Shown: positions 56,301 through 64,000 of the stretch, piece after piece | How positions within the stretch are numbered: the stretch's first letter is position 1 | Layout of the letters: every line of letters starts with the position of its first letter | NCBI GenBank assembly: GCA_038087875.1 | Contig: JAXLNO010000433.1 | Span: 1-64,000 of the forward strand | Direction: 5' to 3' | DNA from: Malacoraja senta | Lineage: Eukaryota | Length of the DNA: 64,000 nucleotides | Notes under the pieces: model-generated | Told to the model about the DNA's origin: nothing | The model's input: only the letters and a program-made list of their open reading frames with translations | Database searches by the model: none | Translations under genes and position numbers: made by a program

Positions 56301-56577
56301 ACATAGTAGGTGGTAATTTATAGTCTTTGCTGAACTAATCTAAATCTGAAGCACAGCCTCCAGTGTGATGCAATCAGTGAGGACAAGAACTGGGCTGCAT
56401 CAACTAGTGCTTGAGGGAGAAATCCACAAATCCGGAATTCCAGCATTGTTGTGATTATCATTCTGAATTCAAATGTTGGCCCTACATGTTTAGCAAGAAT
56501 AGTGTGTTGCTGAACTGGGAGCTGGGCACACCTCACTGTGATGCCCAACACCAATGTATTCAGCATTCGTGGTTGAT

Positions 56578-56700
56578 GAAAACATGAAACTTTCCCACCA
56601 CACAATTAATTTCTAGAGCATCAGGCTTGTTGGTTTCAGTTTCGATTTCCCATTTAAGACAATAATTCGTAGATCTCAGCCCAGCCCACTGACTATAAAA
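56578..56700 (+). promoter_or_regulatory. Interferon-responsive promoter A: tandem ISRE, IRF/kB-like site and TATA box
   Basis: GGTTTCAGTTTCGATTTCCC (56632-56651, three TTTC half-sites), GAAAACATGAAACTTTCCC, TATAAAA (56694-56700). Confidence 0.78.
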
Positions 56701-56721
56701 GTGACCAGAGAGCTGGATCGT

Positions 56722-56781
56722 GTCCACTTACTCTCTGGTGAGCTCTGAGGCATAGCGGCAATCGTGAACAAGCATCATGAG
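56722..56781 (+). other. IFIT-type first exon (exon 1A) with ATG AG|gt, start approximate; its coding exon presumably lies beyond the window
   Basis: ATCATGAG|GTGCGT: ATG at 56777-56779 with A at -3, donor at 56782; same phase as IFIT exon 1. Confidence 0.7.
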
Positions 56782-56967
56782 GTGCGTTGCATTTTCACTT
56801 TATACCGTTTCATTATAAAACTGTGCATTCTGAGACAACGACATTAACGCAGCGTGGGCAAGTGAACCAGACACATCTAATGTGTCTCTGTGACCATTGG
56901 GGTCCGCATTTTGGTCTGACCTCGGGTTTGTGGGCATTTGGGGAACACGTTTGTAACCGGGAAGTTT

Positions 56968-56985
56968 ATGTGTGTGAGTGTGTGC

Positions 56986-57022
<37 letters not shown>

Positions 57023-57162
57023 TGTGTGCGTGTTTGTGCGTGTGTGTGTGTGAGTTTGTGTGTGTTTGTGCGTGTGTGAGTGTGTGTGTGTGAGTGTATG
57101 TGAATGTGTGTGAGTGTGTGTGAGTGTGTGAGCATGTGTTTGTGAATGTGTGTGTGTGAGTG

Positions 57163-57193
<31 letters not shown>

Positions 57194-57211
57194 ATGCGTG
57201 AGGGCGGGTGG

Positions 57212-57242
<31 letters not shown>

Positions 57243-57351
57243 GGCGGGTGAGTGTGAGTGTGTGTGTGTATGTGTGAGGGCGGGTGGGTGTGAGTGTGTG
57301 TGTGTGTGTGAGAGTGAGTGTGAGTGTGTGTGTGTGTATGTGTGAGGACGG

Positions 57352-57384
<33 letters not shown>

Positions 57385-57840
57385 GGCGGGTGTGTGTGAG
57401 TGTGTGTGTGTGTGTGTGTATGTGTGAGTGTGTGTGTGTGTGTGTATGTGTGAGGGCGGGTGGGTGTGAGTGTGTGTGTGTGTGTGTGAGTGAGTGTGAG
57501 TGTGTGTGTGTGTGTATGTGTGAGGGCGGGTGGGTGTGAGTGTGAGTGTGTCGGCTTGTGTGAGTGTGCGTGTGCATGTCGTAGTGTGTGTGTGCGTGTG
57601 TGTCGGTGTGTGTGTGTCAGTGTGTGTATGCCTGTGTGTTGCTGTGTGTGTGCGTTGTGCCGATGTGTACGTGCGCATGCATGTGTGTGTGTGTGTGCAT
57701 TGGTGTGTGCGTGCATGTGTGTGTGTGTGTGTGTGTGTGTGCGTCGGTGTGTGAGTCGGTGTGTGTGTGTCGGTGTGTGTGTGTGTGTGCGTCGGTGTGT
57801 GTGTATGTGTCTGTGTGTCTGTGTGTCAGTGTGTGTGTGT
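56968..57840. repeat. Compound (GT)n microsatellite with ATGTGTGAGGGCGGG subunits
   Basis: Direct reading; positionally equivalent to 1-2340. Confidence 0.92.
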
Positions 57841-59711
57841 ATAGGAATGTTACATGATTTTGACATTTTAAAAATCAAGCCTGTAATTTTATCCCATCAC
57901 ATAGAGCATAAACAGAATTTTAATTTGATACCTAATTCACTTTCACATCTTCTATATTAAAAAAGTTATGGTCATTTTCGTACGGAAATTTGCATCTTGT
58001 TCCCTATTGTTTTAGAAACATAGAAATGTGAGAGCACCCGGAGAAAACTCATAGTCACAGGCAGAACGTACAAACTCTGTACAGACAGCACCCATATTCA
58101 GGATCAAACCAAGGTCTCTGGCGCTGTAAGGCAACATCTCTCTCCCGTTGGTGTCACAGCTTATGCCAATGGTTCTCCTGCTGGGAAGAATGTTTCCGTG
58201 TGTGTCACGTTAGAACATTCTACTTGGGGCTGTTGATTGAATAATCATTGTTAATGATGTTGCAAATTAAAAAAAATGTGTAGGAAAGAACTGCAGATGC
58301 TGGTTTAAATCGAAGATAGACACAAAATGCTGGAGTAAGTTAGCGGGACAGGCAACATCTCTGGAAAGAAGGAATGGGTGACGTTTCGAGTCGAGACCCT
58401 TCTTCAGACTGATTTTTGTAAAACAATAATGTTACATCAACATGTATAGTATGTATAATTTATATATGGTATTATCTATCTGAATTGATAACATGCAAAA
58501 CAAAGCTTTTCATTTGCCTCAGTAAATGTGACATTAATAAACCTGAAACTAAACCCATAACTTGAACTATTTCGAGAATTTACTGCAGTCGCTTCTGTCC
58601 CACAAATTTGACAAGATTAATGCACCTTGACAGCCCTTTGAAGTCCACAATGTCCACTTTTTTCATGTATTTGAAATCTCCATCATTACGTTATGGATAG
58701 GTTCCCAGTTCAAACGTTAAGGTACCGATTGGTGTGTCCTTGGTATTGTTCTCTCAATGTATTTGTACCTGTGTACAACATGTGCAAAGCACAAGACCTC
58801 TAGTTCCACCATCTCTTCCATGGAACTATTGTATCAATAATCTAGTCATCTCATCCCGAGTTTTCTTGAGCACATGTGATTGTGTTGTCTCTGGGGATGG
58901 AGCTTAATATTTCAGACACTTAAGCATGAACAGTTGGGTTACCTGTGGTCTAGATTATGTCATTCCAGAATTTCCCTCACACCACCCTCTAACCTCATCC
59001 ATCTTATCAGCTTCAGGCACTGCACCCAGCCCTAGTTCTCCTTCCACTTAGTTCATTCCCAGCCCAGGTCATTGCAACTCCTTCTAAAGCCAAAGCCTCC
59101 TGCAGAGGACTGTTTGTTGTGTCACAACAAGTGCAAATTCACTGTGTAGGAAGGAACTGAAGATGCTGGTTTAAACCGAAGATACACACAAAATGCTGGG
59201 GTAACTCAGGCAGCATCTCTGGAGAGAAGGAATGGGTGATGTTTCAGTTCAAGACACTTCTTTAGACCCTATTTCATGTCATAGTCATAGTATTAGTGTA
59301 GTATCAGTGTACAGTATTGAAATAGTCCCGTCTGCCCAATTCATCCATGCTGACCAAATTGCCCAACAGAGCTAGTCCCACTTGAGTGCACTGGCCCATA
59401 TCCCTCCAAATCCTTCCTACCCATGTACTGCCCAAGTGCCTTTTAAATGTCACGTGTAACCACCTCTACCTCATCCTCTGGCAGATTGTTCAATATATGC
59501 GCCATCCTCTATGTGAAACTGTTTCCCCTCAGGTCCATGTTAATTCTCCCCCTCACATATGCAAAAACAAGGAGCCCTTCCAGGCTCTTAGACCCTCAAT
59601 GCTCGGACCTTGAATGCTACATTGAACCTTTGATCAGGCGTTGTTTATAAAGGTATCTGGGTTTATTCGCAATTTTACCTTTAAATATTCATCATTGTCA
59701 TTACACGTCTG

Positions 59712-59724
59712 AGTTTCAGTTTCT
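59712..59724 (+). promoter_or_regulatory. ISRE of duplicated promoter B, separated from its exon by CR1
   Basis: AGTTTCAGTTTCT identical to 12794-12806. Confidence 0.8.
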
Positions 59725-59752
59725 ATTCCCAGTCAGGAAATAGATGAAACTA

Positions 59753-62700
59753 AGATATCCTGAAAGGGCAGGGAGAGGAGCCCGAGGTCGTGGTACATAT
59801 AGGTACCAATGACATAGGTAAAAAAAGGGAAGAGGTCCTGAAAGGAAAATTTAGGGTTAGGAGGGGAGTTAAAGGGAAGGACAGCAAAGGTAACAATCTC
59901 GGGATTACTGCCTGTGCCACGCGACAGTGAGAGTAGGAATGGAGCGAGGTGGAGGATAAATGCGTGGCTGAAGGACTGGTGCAGAAGGCAGGGATTCAAA
60001 TTTCTGGATCATTGGGACCTCTTTTGTGGAAGGTTCGACCTGTACTTGAACCTGAGGGGGACCAATATCCTGGCGGGGAGATCTGCAAAGGCTTCTGGGG
60101 AGACTTTAAACTAGAATGGTTGGGGGGAGGGACTCAAATAGAGAATGCTATTAGACAGTGTGTGAGGCAGGAGGCAGAGAAGGAAGGCACTCAGACCCAA
60201 CATGTAGGGGGGAAAGGAGAAAACAATAATAAACAGAGAATAAGAGGTGGTGGGGTTCTCAAATGGGTGAGCAGAGAAACAGAGGGGTGTAAAATGCGGG
60301 CAGAAGCAATAGGTAGCAAGGTGAAAAGTAAAAGTGGCAGGCAGACAAATCCAGGGCAAAACTCAAAAAGGGCAACTTTTCAACATAATTGTATAAGGGG
60401 TAAGAGTGTTGTAAAAACAAGCCTGAAGGCTTTGTGTCTCAATGCAAGGAGCATTCGTAATAAGGTGGATGAGTTGAACGTGCAGATAGCAATTAATGAT
60501 TATGATATAGTTGGGATAACGGAGGCATGGCTCCAGGGTGACCAAGGCTGGGAGCTGAACATCCAGGGATATTCAATATTCAGGAGGGATAGAGAGAAAG
60601 GAAAAGGAGGTGGGGTAGCGTTGCTGGTTAGAGAGGAGATTAACGCAGTGGAAAGGAAGGACATTAGCTTGGAGGATGTGGAATCGGTATGGGTAGAGCT
60701 GCGAAACACTAAGGGGCAGAAAACGCTGGTGGGTGTTGTGTACAGGCCACCTAGCAGTAGTAGTGAAGTTGGAGATGGCATCAAACAGGAAATTAGAAAT
60801 GCGTGCAACAAAGGCAAAACAGTTATAATGGGTGATTTCAATCTACATATAGATTGGGTGAATCAAATTGGCAGGGGTGCTGAGGAAGAGGATTTCTTGG
60901 AATGTATGCGGGATAGTTATCTAAACCAACATGTAGAGGAACCAACGAGAGAGCAGGCTATTCTAGACTGGGTATTGAGTAATGAGGAAGGGTTAGTTAG
61001 CAATCTTGTTGTGCGTGCCCCCTTGGGCAAGAGTGACCATAATATGGTTGAGTTCTTCATTAGGATGGAGAGTGACATTGTTAATTCAGAAACAACGGTT
61101 CTGAACTTAAAGAAAGGTAACTTTGAGGGTATGATACGTGAATTGGCCAAGATTGACTGGCAATTAGTTCTAAAAGGGTTGACAGTGGATATGCAATGGA
61201 AGGCATTTAAAGACTGCATGGATGAACTACAAAAATTGTTCATCCCAGTTTGGCAAAAGAATAAATCAGGGAAGGTAGTGCATCCGTGGATAACAAGGGA
61301 AATCAGGGATAGTATCAAAGCAAAAGATGATGCATACAAATTAGCCAGAAAAAGCAGCATACCAGAGGACTGGGAGAAATTCAGAGACAAGCAGAGGAGG
61401 ACAAAGGGCTTAATTAGGAAAGGGAAAATAGATTATGAAAGGAAACTGGCAGGGAACATAAAAACTGACTGCAAAAGTTTTTATAGATATGTGAAGAGAA
61501 AGAGATTAGTTAAAACAAATGTAGGTCCCTTGCAGTCAGAAACAGGTGAATTTATCATGGAGAACAAGGATATGGCGGACCAATTGAATAACTACTTTGG
61601 TTCCGTCTTCACTAAGGAAGACATAAATAATCTGCCGGAAATAGCAGGGGGCTGCGGGTCAAAGGAGATGGAGGAACTGAGTGAAATCCAGGTTAGTCGG
61701 GAAGTGGTGTTGGGTAAATTGAATGGATTAAAGGCCGATAAATCACCAGGGCCAGATAGGCTGCATCCCAGAGTACTTAAGGAAGTAGCTCCAGAAATAG
61801 TGGATGCATTAGTGATAATTTTTCAAAACTCTTTAGATTCTGGAGTAGTTCCTGAGGATTGGAGGGTAGCAAACGTAACCCCACTTTTTAAGAAGGGAGG
61901 GAGAGAGAAAACGGGGAATTACAGACCAGTTAGTCTAACATCGGTAGTGGGGAAACTGCTAGAGTCACTTATTAAAGATGGGATAGCAGCACATTTGGAA
62001 AGTGGTGAAATCATTGGACAAAGTCAGCATGGATTTACGAAAGGTAAATCATGTCTGACGAATCTTATAGAATTTTTTGAGGATGTAACCAGTAGAGTGG
62101 ATAGGGGAGAACCAGTGGATGTGTTGTATCTGGACTTTCAGAAGGCTTTCGACAAGGTACCACATAAGAGATTAGTATACAAACTTAAAGCACACGTTAT
62201 TGGGGGTTCAGTATTGATGTGGATAGAGAACTGGCTGGCAAACAGGAAGCAAAGAGTAGGAGTAAACGGGTCCTTTTCACAATGGCAGGCAGTGACTAGT
62301 GGGGTACCGCAAGGCTCAGTGCTGGGACCCCAGCTATTTACAATTTATATTAATGAACTGGATGAGGGAATTGAAGGCAACATCTCCAAGTTTGCGGATG
62401 ACACTAAGCTGGGGGGCAGTGTTAGCTGTGAGGAGGATGCTAGGAGACTGCAAGGTGACTTGGATAGGCTGGGTGAGTGGGCAAATGTTTGGCAGATGCA
62501 GTATAATGTGGATAAATGTGAGGTTATCCACTTTGGTGGCAAAAACAGGAAAGCAGACTATTATCTAAATGGTGGCCGATTAGGAAATGGGGAGATGCAG
62601 CGAGACCTGTGTGTCATGGTACACCAGTCATTGAAAGTAGGCATGCAGGTGCAGCAGGCAGTGAAGAAAGCGAATGGTATGTTAGCTTTCATAGCAAAAG

Positions 62701-63326
62701 AATTTGATTATAGGAGCAGGGATATTCTACTGCAGTTGTACGGGGTCTTGGTGAGACCACACCTGGAGTATTGCGTACAGTTTTGGACTCCAAATCTGAG
62801 GAATGACATTATAGCCATAGAGGGAGTGCAGAGAAGCTTCACCACACTGATTCCTGGGATGTCAGGACTTTCATATGAAGAAAGACTGGATAGACTTGGC
62901 TTATACTCGCTAGAATTTAGCAGATTGAGAGGGGATCTTATAGAAACGTACAAAATTCTTATGGGGTTGGACAGGCTAGATGCAGGAAGATTGTTCCCGA
63001 TGTTGGGGAAGTCCAGGACAAGGGGTCACAGCTTAAGGATAAGGGGGAAATCCTTTAAGACCGAGATGAGGAAAAACTTTTTCACGCAGAGAGTGGTGAA
63101 TCTCTGGAATTCTCTGCCACAGAGGGTAGTTGAGGCCAGTTCATTGGCTATATTTAAGAGGGAGTTAGATGTGGCCCTTGTGGCTAAGGGGATCAGGGGG
63201 TATGGAGAGAAGGCAGGTACGGGATACTGAGTTGGATGATCAGCCATAATCATATTGAATGGCGGTGCAGGCTCGAAGGGCCGAATGGCCTACTCCTGCA
63301 CCTATTTTCTATGTATCTATGTATCT
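59753..63326 (+). mobile_element. Young CR1 LINE (ORF1 esterase 3' part + complete ORF2 + 3' UTR) with 9-bp TSD
   Basis: TSD ATGAAACTA at 59744-59752 and 63327-63335; absent from copy 1; tail TTTTCTATGTATCTATGTATCT. Confidence 0.95.
59949..63230 (+). CDS. CR1 ORF2: APE endonuclease + reverse transcriptase, uninterrupted (true start codon uncertain)
   Basis: EN motifs LNARS, GITEAW, MGDFN, SDH; RT motifs [26 protein letters not shown]. Confidence 0.88.
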   Translation: MEDKCVAEGLVQKAGIQISGSLGPLLWKVRPVLEPEGDQYPGGEICKGFWGDFKLEWLGGGTQIENAIRQCVRQEAEKEGTQTQHVGGKGENNNKQRIRGGGVLKWVSRETEGCKMRAEAIGSKVKSKSGRQTNPGQNSKRATFQHNCIRGKSVVKTSLKALCLNARSIRNKVDELNVQIAINDYDIVGITEAWLQGDQGWELNIQGYSIFRRDREKGKGGGVALLVREEINAVERKDISLEDVESVWVELRNTKGQKTLVGVVYRPPSSSSEVGDGIKQEIRNACNKGKTVIMGDFNLHIDWVNQIGRGAEEEDFLECMRDSYLNQHVEEPTREQAILDWVLSNEEGLVSNLVVRAPLGKSDHNMVEFFIRMESDIVNSETTVLNLKKGNFEGMIRELAKIDWQLVLKGLTVDMQWKAFKDCMDELQKLFIPVWQKNKSGKVVHPWITREIRDSIKAKDDAYKLARKSSIPEDWEKFRDKQRRTKGLIRKGKIDYERKLAGNIKTDCKSFYRYVKRKRLVKTNVGPLQSETGEFIMENKDMADQLNNYFGSVFTKEDINNLPEIAGGCGSKEMEELSEIQVSREVVLGKLNGLKADKSPGPDRLHPRVLKEVAPEIVDALVIIFQNSLDSGVVPEDWRVANVTPLFKKGGREKTGNYRPVSLTSVVGKLLESLIKDGIAAHLESGEIIGQSQHGFTKGKSCLTNLIEFFEDVTSRVDRGEPVDVLYLDFQKAFDKVPHKRLVYKLKAHVIGGSVLMWIENWLANRKQRVGVNGSFSQWQAVTSGVPQGSVLGPQLFTIYINELDEGIEGNISKFADDTKLGGSVSCEEDARRLQGDLDRLGEWANVWQMQYNVDKCEVIHFGGKNRKADYYLNGGRLGNGEMQRDLCVMVHQSLKVGMQVQQAVKKANGMLAFIAKEFDYRSRDILLQLYGVLVRPHLEYCVQFWTPNLRNDIIAIEGVQRSFTTLIPGMSGLSYEERLDRLGLYSLEFSRLRGDLIETYKILMGLDRLDAGRLFPMLGKSRTRGHSLRIRGKSFKTEMRKNFFTQRVVNLWNSLPQRVVEASSLAIFKRELDVALVAKGIRGYGEKAGTGY

Positions 63327-63359
63327 ATGAAACTATAGAGGAACTCAGACATAGCATTC

Positions 63360-63449
63360 AGAACACTTTTAGATTGATTCAACCTGTGAATGCACTGCAC
63401 GAGCTGAGAAAGGAATACAAAGTGTTTTCCATCCAAGCAACATAACGAG
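63360..63449 (+). other. Duplicated IFIT exon 1B
   Basis: Ends ATAACGAG|GTAAGG, as at 12948. Confidence 0.65.
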
Positions 63450-64000
63450 GTAAGGAACATTCCTACTGTGTCTATGTTTACCTGCAGATTATTATTGAGA
63501 ATATGGTTTACTGAAAATTAGTGGATCAAATTGCAATTAATTTGAACAACTCAGAATGGTAACGGTAGTTTAGTTTAGAGATACAATATGGAAACAGGCC
63601 CTTTGGCCCTCCGAGTCCACACCACCCATTCGCTCGTTTGAGAGTCAAGAGTGTTTTATTGTCATATGTCCCACATTGAAACAGAAATTCTCATCAGCAA
63701 AACATTAATCCATTCTTGATGCCTGAATCATTGTAAGTTTCTTCCTCCTCAGATACTGCCTCCACGAACTTGTGGTTTCGATACTGCTGAGTAATTCCAG
63801 GTTTTTACTGTTTTTGTTATAGACATTGACATAGAACAGTACATCACAGGAAAACAATTGGCCCCTGGAAATTGCTCCTAGTGTGTAGGCAGTGGATGCG
63901 AATGTAGGATAACAGAACTAGTGTGCAAGGATGATCGATGATTGGTGTTGATGTAGTGAGCTGAAGGATCTGTTACCGTGCTATATGTCTAAACTCTCAA

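Larger units (their letters stand above)
58025..64000 (+). repeat. Segmental duplication copy 2 of 11101-13512 (with CR1 insertion)
   Basis: Colinear near-identity before 59752 and after 63327. Confidence 0.95.

Overview
Repeat-rich vertebrate genomic DNA. The CR1, V-SINE, Penelope, Rex1 and DIRS content suggests a cartilaginous fish such as a skate or ray (inference). The only host gene is an intact IFIT-family interferon-induced TPR gene (coding exon 19442-20882, +). It has an ISRE+TATA promoter at about 12794-12839 and a short first exon ending ACGAG|gtaag at 12948. The 3' end of the window (about 56.6-64 kb) is the start of a tandemly duplicated paralogous unit. That unit has a second ISRE/TATA promoter with a canonical ATGAG|gt first exon (56632-56783) and a copy of the first promoter split by a CR1 LINE with intact ORF2, inserted between the ISRE and the TATA box. 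A third ISRE module lies at 51661. The rest is transposon-derived: a Tc1 IR/DR transposon in the IFIT intron; one full-length and one truncated DIRS1-like element; a 5'-inverted L1 with a 15-bp TSD; Rex1/Babar and many CR1 fragments; Penelope-derived short repeats carrying minimal hammerhead-ribozyme motifs; hAT and Harbinger-like MITEs; and large micro- and minisatellites. All alignments were done by eye.
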